A stretch of 10,724 nucleotides of DNA from Azolla caroliniana (lineage: Eukaryota > Plantae > Polypodiophyta): the NCBI GenBank assembly GCA_043228905.1, contig JBHGNT010001239.1:1-10724 (forward strand), read 5' to 3'. The position numbers were made by a program, and so were the translations under genes. Below the pieces are notes generated by a model. It was not told the origin of the DNA. It made no database searches and worked only from the letters and a program-made list of their open reading frames with translations. Below, in pieces: positions 1 to 9,370 of the stretch (position 1 is the first letter of the stretch; each line of letters starts with the position of its first letter).

Positions 1-653
1 CGTTTTTTGTGATGGTTTGCAAGAAATGCTAGGGAAAGTATCATTAATAAGGTCTGGGAATATGGTGCGTTTGTATGTTTTTGACGCTCAATGTTCTTCA
101 GAATTTCTGTTATAGTGAACTATGTCCTTACATTCAGTGAGAGATTAGCTAGGCTGAAACAAAAAACGAAATAGGTACTATACTTTGTTTCTCAATGCAG
201 TAAAACAATAAATTGCTTTATAACAAAGTTTGGAAATTTCACCTTCCTCGCGAACTATAGTTTATGGTGCTACAATACAATTATTTTTGCAATTTGCATA
301 AAACATTTTTGGAAAATGCTATCATTGTATTTTGGTGTTTCTTTTTTCCTAACTTTGAATGGTTGGAATTAGAATAGTTTAAGACGGTGCATGCTTTTCA
401 AAACTACAATTAGGCCATAAGAACCCATCTATCTTGTCAGATTAAAATGCCTTCACTCGAGTCAAGGGAAAGAGAGACACTAGCTGTTGAACATTGAATA
501 CAAATTCCTATGTGGTTGCAACAATAAAGAGGGCCATTTACCAAGTTCGTCATATCTTTCATCCTTTTTTTCCCATCGTTTCTGTATCTTTTATCCTATT
601 TCTTCCTGCATTTCCTTATTTCTCATTTTCAGGAAATGTTTCCAATGCTGATA

Positions 654-681
654 TTTTAAACTCCATTTTTTAAACTCCATT
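654..681. repeat. Perfect 14-bp tandem duplication (ttttaaactccatt x2)
   Basis: 654-667 and 668-681 are identical. Confidence 0.9.
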
Positions 682-1544
682 CTGGGGAGTAGAGAAACAA
701 ACTGTGAATGCGGCTTAGGAATGGATAGTTATATATTAAGGACAATAGTGTTAGGGCATCAAGACCTAGGGATGATTGTGGATAGCAAGAGTGCTAATTT
801 TCCTGTCCTAGGTGATTGGATTATCCTTTCGAAGGCTGTACATAACAAGAAGGATATTTCTACTCAAAAAAATAGAATAATGAATACTGTGTATGCAACA
901 GAACGTTATTACACGGTACTTCTGGTATATCTGGACCTGAAATTGCTGGCAAATCTGCCCTCGTAGAAGGGCATGCATATATACAACACATGTTTTCGTG
1001 TTGTCAAGTTTCAGGGTTGAATCTGAGTTATTTTCCCCACTGACTTGTGGGGATTTTTCCGAAAGCTTGTTATGTTTCTATATTGTACATGCCTCGTGGA
1101 TGTGCCTGTACACTTGCAATTGTGTGTAAGAGATAAAGGAAAAACTGGAATGTGCAGCTGAGGAAGAAAGAACAGCAAACAAAAAACGTTTGACTTTGAA
1201 GCCAATATGAATGCTAATTATACTTGTTTTGGGGAGACCTGATTGATTGCAAGCTGATGCATTAAAAAGAAAACCTTTGGAACCTTTGAGGAAGAAATAA
1301 GCAGCAAGTGTGTGCAGAGTTAATGAGGAAGAAAGAAAGAAAGATATATTAATGTCTTTTAAGAGATTACATATTAAGTGTTGTCTCGTCTTTGAGAACA
1401 ACAAATCAACAAATCAAAATAAAGTAAATATTACTTTGTAAATATAAAACTAAATAAGGTAAAAAAAGACAAGGGAAACTGGCTTTCGGCACATGTGAGA
1501 TTCTCAGGTTAGATGTATTCGAAAGATCTCTAGCATAGGTTGAT

Positions 1545-2944
1545 CTAGAATCGAAATGTCTCCGAAGCGGGGGAAGCACTGCAATGGCGGGAGATAATGG
1601 CTTTTATTTGTTGATGACAAGGGTGTTGAGGTCGTGGTCCATGGGGCCGGGGCTTACGTGCACAACAAATTGCTATTGCCCGATCAATTGTAACCCCTTT
1701 GTATATCCCTTGATTGACTTGTAGCATTAGTAGGAGTGATGGGGCTAAAGAAAGTTGTGATTGTTCTCTGTGGATGAGCTTGTTTGGTTGTATTCTTCAA
1801 CAACTTTTCCCGATGTCTCTTGAGCTCTAAAGTTCTAGGCACCTTGGGTCCCCATATTCCATTACCTTGTGTAGCGGGCCAAAGCCTTGTTTAAAGAGGC
1901 AATGGTATCTCCCTCTGATTTCATAAAATACACTACAGTGACAAACATAGTGTTCTTCGGATTCCACTCCTTGATGACACAATTGGCAAATTCTTTCTTC
2001 TAGAGGTATTCGTGTATATCTGCCTACCTCAATTTGTAACTGATGTGATGAAGTTTGCAGCTGGCCTATCACACTACGCAGCACATAGGATAGATGTATG
2101 TCCATATAAGGTGGCCTGATGATGAATCCATCCTTTGATGTATGTAAGAAGTGTGTCTTATAGTGGGCCAACTTTGTACCAAGTGATATTTTGGGGCTGA
2201 TCCATGTTATTTTGTTTTCCAAGTTAATACTATCAGTTTGGATCACGCTATTCTTTTCCACTTTGGTCATATTTAGATGGGGACAGTCCAAGCTATATTG
2301 GAACGGGGGTAGTGCATTTATACTCATGCCATGTGATTCGAACCATTGCTGCATTTTAGCATAACAACAATGAATGTCTCTATTTTTAGCTAGTTGTCGT
2401 GACGACATAAGTGCCAACCTTGGGTACCTTCGTTTAGGGAGCTCCCAAAGACATTGGATAAATGTCACTGATCGGAACAATGAATCGGTGATTATAGGTG
2501 CTGCTCCCATCTTTGCCCGGATTATATCGTGGGGCACTGATGCTTTGCTCCTTATCATGCGGGCAATCATTGACACTAAAGGTCTCTCTAAATCATTGCA
2601 ATGATTTGCCTTGTTAAGACTCGGTCCCCATGTTTCTACTCCATAGAGAAGGGTTTGTGTGACAAGTGTATCAAATAACCATAGCTTAGTTCGTGGCTCT
2701 TGGAACTGCAAACGTGCACATTGTTTGTCGAGAGCACCAAGGGCTGCATATCCACGAGAAAGTTGGGCACAAGCAGCCTCCGTAAGGAGAACCGAGGCCT
2801 TGTAAATGTTACTCCTAGGTATGTGTAGGAGTGTGTGTATTTCAGCTTTTCCTCTCCCAAGAAGAATTCCGGTTCTGATCTTGTTACCCATGCTTGAGTG
2901 GTGTTAAACACCATCACTTTAGTTTTATCCATGTTGATTGACAA
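1545..2944 (-). pseudogene. LINE ORF2 C-terminal region (thumb, Cys/His finger, basic tail), frameshifted
   Basis: ORFs 2636-2944 (INMDKTKVMVF..YTYLGV), 1827-2891 (TLLYGVETWG..HQLQIEVGRY..RICQLC..EEHYVCHC) and 1545-1727. The copy at 7651-8338 shows the finger and tail were one frame. Confidence 0.85.
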
Positions 2945-2995
2945 ACCTTTGTTTGTACAAAATAGTTTTAAGGCATTTAGATGTCTTTGTAGTCC

Positions 2996-3847
2996 CTATG
3001 GAGTGTCAGAAATCAGCACAATATCATCAACATATAGTAATATTTGTATAGCTATACCTGCTAGGCGTGCTCCCGAACCCCCGAATCTCTCTATGTAATG
3101 TGATACGTCATCTATATATAGACCGAAGAGAGTGGGTGATAGTGGGCATCCTTGCTTCACTCCGATTGTGCTAGCCGCTGCCTTTGACAAACCCTTGGAA
3201 GACTGAACTTTTCCTGACACGGATTCATAGAGTGCATAGATTCCGCATTGCATATCTGTAGGAACACCAAGGACTTCTGGCTGCTGCATAAGTCGAGCAC
3301 GTGGGACAGTCTCAAAGTCTTTTCGGAAATCCACAATAAATCGTCTTATTATGGGTCTGCTCTCCTCAATAAGGGTCCGAAGGGTCAATATGTGATCCAA
3401 AGTTGTGAACCCCTTTTGAAAGCCTGCCTGTCCAATTGAATGACAACCATTCTGCTCTGCCCATATACTCAATTCTGATTCTAGAATCGAGCCATATAGT
3501 TTGGCCAAGTAATGGCCAATCATGATTGTCCTATAGTTGTTTGGCATCATGGGGTCTCCACTCTTGAGGATTGGCACAATGGTATGCTGAGTCCATCTAG
3601 TAGGGAAACCTTCACACATGGCTCTATTAAAGATGTGTGCTAGCAATGGGAGCAAGGGGGCATAGATAAAGTGCTCACTCACCAATTCATCATGATCCTG
3701 AACCTTCCTAAGTTGTAGTTGGTTAATGGCATATCTTACATTTTGTGGAGTAAAAAAGGTTGATTCATGTGGGCGTGAGCCATGTGGGGGGGGGGAACAG
3801 GACGTTGCCCCGGTATATCGTATAACACCTTTGCATATTTGTGCCAC
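2996..3847 (-). pseudogene. LINE ORF2 reverse transcriptase core fragment
   Basis: 283-aa ORF with non-LTR RT motifs PILKSGD..NYRTI, QAGF, KQGCPLSP and YVDD (3023-3034); ends in a premature stop. Confidence 0.93.
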
Positions 3848-3933
3848 ACTTAAGGGGAGGTCGGTTGTGTGGTAGGTTGGCTCTCATTAAACATTTTGCA
3901 TGCTCTTTTACTTTCTTGTCCTAGAAACAAGCG

Positions 3934-4708
3934 TCACAAATGATCTTCAAATTTAGCCAAATACAATCTCTTCTTCTTCCTTACAAGGTGTTGGAAGGTT
4001 GCTCTCGCTTGTTTGCGTGTATAAATGCCCCAAGTTATATCACGCTGCAAGCTTCTCCTTGTATCACGACATTCCTCATCATACCAACTATTTTGTATTA
4101 CTCTACTAAGTTTGAGGGGATTGGCCGTTGTGTGAGGAAAGGCATTTGTGGCTGCTTTATGCAATGATTTTGACAATCCTTGGGTAAGTTCATCAAGGGG
4201 TGAGAAAGGATCCAAATCTAGCATGCCATTGTATACTCCACAACTATACACATCAATTGTCTCGCGAGTAAATAGATACCACCCCACTCTCCTTAGGATA
4301 TACATCCCTTGTCCATCCATCCTTTACCTTGAAGCGTAGATATGCACGATCTGCTGTCAAGCCAATAGGTCTACCCGATATAGTGAACTCTTTTATTTCA
4401 GGTATAAGAGATGGAGATCCCATTAGATAATCGACTGTGCTTGCACCTCTTTTTTGGGTTCCAACATGTCAAAGCATCTGATCCAGGCCAATGTGACAAT
4501 CCATTATATATCACAAATCCATGCGCACTTCCCAAGGCTAGAAAGTGTTTTCCATATTCAATTATAGCACTCATATCTTGAGCTTGTTGCTTTAGACCAA
4601 CCTCTTCTGCCATAACTTCTCTATAAACAACCTCGTTGGGGTCAAACATAGTTGTTTGTTTATCCTTGGTTCGTGCATTAAAATCTCGTAATAGTATTAT
4701 GTCCCACA
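3934..4708 (-). pseudogene. LINE ORF2 endonuclease C-half and EN-RT linker
   Basis: DIILLRDFNART, YGKHFLAL..VIYNG..LTC, and NSWYDEECR (WFD.EC linker motif). The reading frame continues across the copia insertion from 10127. Confidence 0.85.
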
Positions 4709-5023
4709 TGTAAGGGTTAGGAATGATGTCAATCAGGCTAAGGAATACTCAGGATTCACCTTAGTATAGGCCCTTTAGATGCAATAGTGGAGCTATGGTA
4801 GAAAAGATAGAGAGAGAGAGCAGTAGTTGGAGGAGCTCGCCTTTGAAGTGAGATCCAAAAGTTTTTAACTTATGTTTTATATGACCCATTTAGGATTGGC
4901 CAAGTTCACACTGAACTTGGCCCAAAAGTAATGAAAAAGTGGTTAGTGACTTTTGGCCTTTATAAATAGGCCTACACACATGTACACACTATAAGGGGGT
5001 CATTTAGGGCCTTTACCCCAACA
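4709..5023 (-). repeat. Copia 3' LTR, complete (315 bp)
   Basis: Minus strand starts TGTTGGGG right after the PPT and ends CCCTTACA at the TSD. 4791-5023 matches 9894-10126 with 9 substitutions in 233 bp and no indels. Confidence 0.93.
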
Positions 5024-5034
5024 ATCTCTCACTT
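5024..5034 (-). other. Polypurine tract (AAGTGAGAGAT)
   Basis: Purine-rich run directly upstream of the 3' LTR TGTTG, resembling the usual copia AAGGGGGAGAT-TG arrangement. Confidence 0.75.
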
Positions 5035-5660
5035 AATGACGCCTTTAAGCTATGTGACTCCCACCATTTGTATACATATATCTGATGTTGTGCTTTGGGT
5101 AAGCACTTGGTCATTACATCCGTAGGGTTCTGTGATGTGTGGACCTTTATCAATGTGATAAGGCCATCCTCAAGCACTTCTTGAATGAAGTGATATCGCA
5201 CATCAATATGTTTTGTGCGTGCATGAAACATAGCATTCTTTGCCAAACAGATGGCACTCTGGCTATCACAACCAAGAATGGGTGCCTTTTCAGGCAAACC
5301 AAACTCATTGCATAGACGTGCTAACCATATTGCTTCCTTGGAAGCCTCAGTGGCTGAGATATATTCTGCCTCGGTAGTGGACAAAACAACAACCTTTTGC
5401 AGCCTACTACACCATGATACAACACCACCTGCAAGTGTGAATACATAGCCACTTGTGGATTTCCGTGTATCCACATCACCTGCCATGTCAGAGTCACAGA
5501 AACCCTTCAGCTCTAATGGGTCTTTTCCATAACAGAGGCATTTATTTTTAGTCCCTTTTAAGTACCTCATAATGGACTATACTGCATTCCAATGTGCCTT
5601 GCCCAGATTAGCAATGAATTGGCTGACAACTCCCACTGCATAGGCAATATCAGGTCTAGT
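5035..5660 (-). pseudogene. Copia RT C-terminus and RNase H
   Basis: TRPDIAYAVGVVSQF..HW, then MRYLKGT..GFCDSDMAGDVDTRKSTSGY..LSTTEAEY..CDSQSAI..FHARTKHIDVRYHFI. One in-frame stop lies near 5578 and there is a frameshift near the end. Confidence 0.93.
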
Positions 5661-6029
5661 AGTACTTCAAGATATGATTAGTTTGAAGTACTATTTTTAA
5701 TGTCAAGATAAAAATATCCATAAATTTTGAGGGAATAAAAAGTGAGAAATTAATGAGCCTTTATTTTATTTTATTTATTTATTAAAAATAAAACGAATAC
5801 TTATAAGTTATACATTTATTATAAAAATTTAGTAGTGTCAAGTCCCCAAGTCCCTCTTTTATTATCCCTATTTATTGTCAAGTTCCTTTTTTCTTATCCG
5901 AAGAAATTAAAAAAGAGAGAGTTCTCTTTTATTTTCTTTTTGGGTTAAACGAATACTTGACCACCCATTTGTATTCGTATTCGTTTGAATTCGAATAGGA
6001 AACCCGACGAATGCGAATATGTCAATCTA
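5661..6029. mobile_element. AT-rich insertion, probable one-ended hAT-like MITE fragment replacing the copia RT core
   Basis: Non-coding AT-rich block between RT segments. The right end reads TAGATTGACATATTCG on the minus strand, with clustered CGAAT/ATTCG subterminal motifs. No matching second TIR or TSD was seen. Confidence 0.5.
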
Positions 6030-6500
6030 TGCAAATAGCACTCGCAAAGTGGTCATTTTTACCACAGGAGAAAACATTTCCTGAAAATCTATGCCCTTAG
6101 TTTGAGCATATCCTTTTGCAACCAGCCTTGCTTTATACTTGGGTTTGTCATCAACGGTCTTGATTTTATATACCCATTTGTTAGGAATAACTTTCCTTCC
6201 TTTGGGCAGTTCAACCAAGTCCCAAGTATTATTTGAATGCAAAGCCTTAATCTCTTCCTGCATAGCAAGCTCCCACTTTCTTTATACGTAAGAGGTTCTC
6301 CCTCATCGGTCAACATTATGTAGTGCAACGTGGGGTCAAATCTACTCACATTTCGTCTTATACGAGTAGAACGTCTCACCCAATGATCCATATTGTCCGG
6401 TAATGGATCAACATCAGGTGGCATGTCTAAATCATCATTGTTAGGCTGCTGTCCATTATTTTCAGCGCCATTTTCAGCATTATTATTTGGCTGCATATTC
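6030..6500 (-). pseudogene. Copia IN-RT linker and RT N-terminus
   Basis: VRRSTR..DEGEPLTYKE, then (frameshift) MQEEIKALHSNNTWDLVELPKGRKVIPNKWVYKIK..YKARLVAKGYAQ..GIDF.EMFSPVVKMTTLR. Confidence 0.93.
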
Positions 6501-7185
6501 CTCTCAGGTAACAATCGGCAACGGTTTGGTTCGGTTTGAGAGGGTCCTAACTGAACCGTTTAAATTTGTTGAAACCTGAACCAAACCAAACCGAACCACG
6601 AAACCGTTAAACTGAACCGTGAAACATTTTTCAAACCGTTAAACCATTAAACCGTAAAAACTGCGGTTTCGTGGTTCGGTTTCGGTTTTCAACATAGGTC
6701 AAATTTTTAATTGTTTAAAATTTATAATATTTCATTTTAAAAATTTTTTAAGATGTTCCTAAAATGTGAGAATAAGGTCTAAAAATGAAAAGATTGTTTA
6801 AAAACAAATTTTAGAATTTTTTTAAAAATTTTAAAAATTTTTAAAAATAAAAAATAAAAAACCATTACCATTTAAACCGAACCAAAACCGAACCGTTAAT
6901 AAAAACCTAAACCTGAACCGAACTGAACCGTTGAATCCGTTAAGCCAGCCATTAAACCGCGGTTTCGCGGTTCGGTTCGGTTCAAACCAAACCGTTGCCG
7001 ATTGTTACTCTCAGGATCCTCATCTTGCTGTCCAACATCTTCTGGCTCCAAAACCACTGGATGATCAATAATATTTTCAGCGCCATTTTCAGCATTATTA
7101 TTTGGCAGCATATTCCTCTCAGGATCCTCATCTTGCTGTCCAACATCCTCTGGCTCCAAAACCACTGGATGATCAATATTTTCAG
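6457..7185. repeat. In-frame ~108-bp tandem duplication in the copia IN-RT linker, first unit split by the MITE
   Basis: One unit is 6457-6508 plus 7016-7071; the other is 7072-7176. The motif tattttcag occurs at 6457, 7072 and 7177. It encodes DHPVVLEPEDVGQQDEDPERNMxPNNNAENGAEN twice. Confidence 0.88.
6509..7007. mobile_element. Non-autonomous hAT-type DNA transposon (MITE), 499 bp
   Basis: Perfect 23-bp TIRs TAACAATCGGCAACGGTTTGGTT (6509-6531 and 6985-7007), 8-bp TSD CTCTCAGG (6501-6508 and 7008-7015), dense AACCG/CGGTT subterminal motifs and an AT-rich core. Confidence 0.93.
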
Positions 7186-7575
7186 TCCTTTGTGGTGGAT
7201 CCTGATGGTCAAAACTGGGTCTAACAGGTTGCTGGTCATGCTGAAATCTAACCCTTTTATGGTCATCTTTTGAGGCACAATTGTTTTGAAGCAGCCTTGC
7301 CTCATTGAAAACAACATCTTGGCTGTGTATAACCTTCTTGAGCTGGGGTATCCAAATCCTATAACCCATTTCGCCTTCTTCACCATATCCCATGAAGAGG
7401 CCCTTAATGGACTTGGCATCAAGTTTGTTTCTCAGCTCAGGCCTTATATGTACAAAAGCCTCGCAACCAAAGACACGTAAGTGATCATATGAAGCAGGTT
7501 TGCTAGACCAAACCTCTTCAGGGATGTCACCCTTGAAAGACGTGTGAGGCGTTCTATTGCATACATGTATTGTAG
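7016..7575 (-). pseudogene. Copia integrase C-terminal region (SH3-like/GKGY region)
   Basis: HVCNRTPH..PEEVWS.KP.SYDHLRVFGCEAFVHI..RNKLDAKS..GLFMGYGEE..GYRIW..SQDVVFNE. Confidence 0.92.
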
Positions 7576-8338
7576 TAAATATAAAAGTAAATAAGATGAA
7601 AAGAGAAGAAACGATGGAATCTGGTTTTTGGCACATGTGAGATTCTCAAGCTAGGTATATTGTAGCTTTGGTCTTCGAAAGATCTCTAGAATAGGTCGAT
7701 CCAGAATGGAAATGTCTCCGAAGCAAGGGAAGCACCTACGATGGCGGGAGATAATGGCTTTTATCTGTCGATGACAAGGGTGTCGAGGTCGTGGTCCATG
7801 GGGCCGGGGCCTACGTGCACGGCAAATTGCTATTGCCCGATCAATTGTAACCCCTTTGTTATGTCCCGGTTTGGGGCCCATTTGTGTATCCCGTGATGAA
7901 CTTGTAGCATTAGTAGGAGTGATGGGGCTAAAGAAAGTTGTGATTGTTCTTTGTGGATGAGCTTGTGTGGTTGTATTCTTCAACAACTTTTCCCGATGTC
8001 TCTTGAGTTCTAGCAACAAAAGTCCTAGGCATTGTTGGTCCTTATATTCCATTACCTTGCGTAGTGGGCCAAAGCCTTGTTTAAAGAGGCAATGGTATCT
8101 CCCTCTGATTTCATAAAATACACTATAGTGACAAACATAGTGTTCTTCGGATTCCACTCCTTGATGACACAATTGGCAAATTCTTTCTTCTAGAGGTATT
8201 CGTGTATATCTGCCTACCTCAATTTGTAATTGATGTGATGAAGTTTGCAGCTGGCCTATCACACTACGCAGCCCATAGGATAGATGTATGTCCATATAAG
8301 GTGGCCTGATGATGAATCCATCCTTTGATGTATGTAAG
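7575..8338 (-). mobile_element. Second LINE fragment of the same family: ORF2 C-terminus and 3' UTR
   Basis: Direct repeat of about 1438-2148; open frame from HTSKDGF to the stop at 7651. Confidence 0.92.
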
Positions 8339-8592
8339 GTGTTATACGATATCCCGGGGCAACGTCTTGTTCCCCACCCACATGGTTCATGCCCACATGA
8401 ATCAACCTTCTTTACACCACAAAATGTAAGAAATGCCATTGATCGGCTACAATTTGGAACGGCCCAAGATCATCATGGATTGGTGGGTGAGCACTTTATC
8501 GATGCCCGTGACACCTTGGTTCCATTGCTAGCACACATCTTTAATAGAGCCATGTGTGAAGGTTTCTCTGCTAGATGGACTGAGCATACCAT
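8336..8592 (+). mobile_element. Inverted LINE fragment (pre-RT region)
   Basis: Reverse complement of 3579-3831 at about 88% identity; reads VLYDIPGQ..HESTFFTPQNVRNAI..LLAHIFNRAMCEGF..W. Confidence 0.9.
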
Positions 8593-9370
8593 ATGGAGTT
8601 GTGGCATAAGAGACTTGGCCATATGAGCCAAAAGGGTCTCACTAGGCTTTGTAATCTAAAGACTTGATGCTAAAGGTACGAAGCTTGATTTTTGTAATGA
8701 ATGCCAATATGGAAAGCAAGTGAGGCGTTCCTTTTACTCTGGTGTGTCTCGTAAGTCTTGTGTACTTTGATCTTGTTCATTCTGATGTGTGTAACATGCC
8801 CACCAAATCTATGGGGGTGCAGTGTATTTTATATCATTTGTTGATCCCTAGTTTCTAGGAGAAGGGAGTAAAAGAGCATGGAAAATATTTAATGAGAAGC
8901 AACCCACCACACAATTAACCTCACCACAGGTGTGGCATGAATACGATATCCCGGGGCAACGTCTTATTCCCCACCCACATGGCTCATGCCCACATGAATC
9001 AACCTTCTTACAAGACGTTGCCCACATGTGTGGTGAGGTTAATTGTGTGGTGGGTTGCTTCTCATTAAATATTTTCCATGCTCTTTTACTCCCTTCTCCT
9101 AGAAACTAGCGATCAACAAATGATATAAAATACATTGCACCCCCATAGATTTGGTGGGCATGTTACGCACATCAGAATGAACAAGATCAAAGTACACAAG
9201 ACTTACGAGACACACCAGAGTAAAAGGAACGCCTCACTTGCTTTCCATATTGGCATTCATTACAAAAATCAAGCTTCGTACCTTTAGCATCAAGCTTCTT
9301 TAGATTACAAAGCCTAGTGAGACCCTTTTGGCTCATATGGCCAAGTCTCTTATGCCACAACTCCATATGG
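8589..9370. repeat. Long inverted repeat: arms 8589-8928 and 9029-9370, 100-bp spacer
   Basis: The arms differ by 3 substitutions and one 2-bp indel. Each arm is about 258 bp of copia plus about 83 bp of LINE. Confidence 0.95.

Larger units (their letters stand above)
1400..4708 (-). mobile_element. Degenerate LINE (RTE/RTE-X-like), 3' part: endonuclease C-half, RT, Cys/His finger, 3' UTR
   Basis: Frameshifted ORF2 pieces carry DIILLRDFNART (APE GDFN motif), NYRTIMI, QAGFQKG..DHILTL, VDFRK.F, GVKQGCPLSPTLF, LLYVDD, YTYLGV and RICQLC..EEHYVCHC. The 3' end is approximate: homology to the second copy reaches about 1438, and a TGATTTGT x2 tail-like repeat lies at about 1400-1416. Confidence 0.9.

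Noticed and set aside
530-718. Possible degenerate Tourist-like MITE (gggccatttacc ... gtgaatgcggc)
   Set aside because: The ends match poorly as inverted repeats and no TSD was found.
550-970. Possible host exons: pyrimidine tract plus ttttcag acceptor at about 632, and a protein-like frame TLLHGTSGISGPEIAGKSALVEG at about 903-971
   Set aside because: No convincing donor sites or recognisable protein; RNA-seq would be needed.
721-1404. ORFs 721-966 (+), 1011-1205 (-) and 1078-1404 (-)
   Set aside because: Short, with no recognisable motifs; consistent with chance ORFs.
3786-3795. G10 run as a G-quadruplex element
   Set aside because: The other LINE pieces read CCCCACCC here, so it is a mutated, slipped homopolymer.
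5656-5693. Helitron 3' end (hairpin plus CTAG on the minus strand)
   Set aside because: The CTAG belongs to the copia Thr-Arg codons, is followed by A rather than T, and the hairpin is AT-rich and abuts the end.
6540-6990. AACCG repeats or 108-bp units as a CRISPR-like or telomeric array
   Set aside because: No constant repeat with unique spacers; explained by MITE subterminal motifs and a simple tandem duplication.
2374-7480. Plus-strand ORFs (2374, 2898, 3248, 3940, 4148, 5251, 6995, 7286) and the alternative-frame ORF 6982-7422
   Set aside because: Antisense or shifted-frame shadows of TE coding sequence.
6896-8439. Long ORFs 6896-7636 and 7651-8439 as novel fusion genes
   Set aside because: They are accidental read-throughs across TE junctions (LINE UTR/integrase/MITE, and inverted LINE/LINE C-terminus) with no sign of function.
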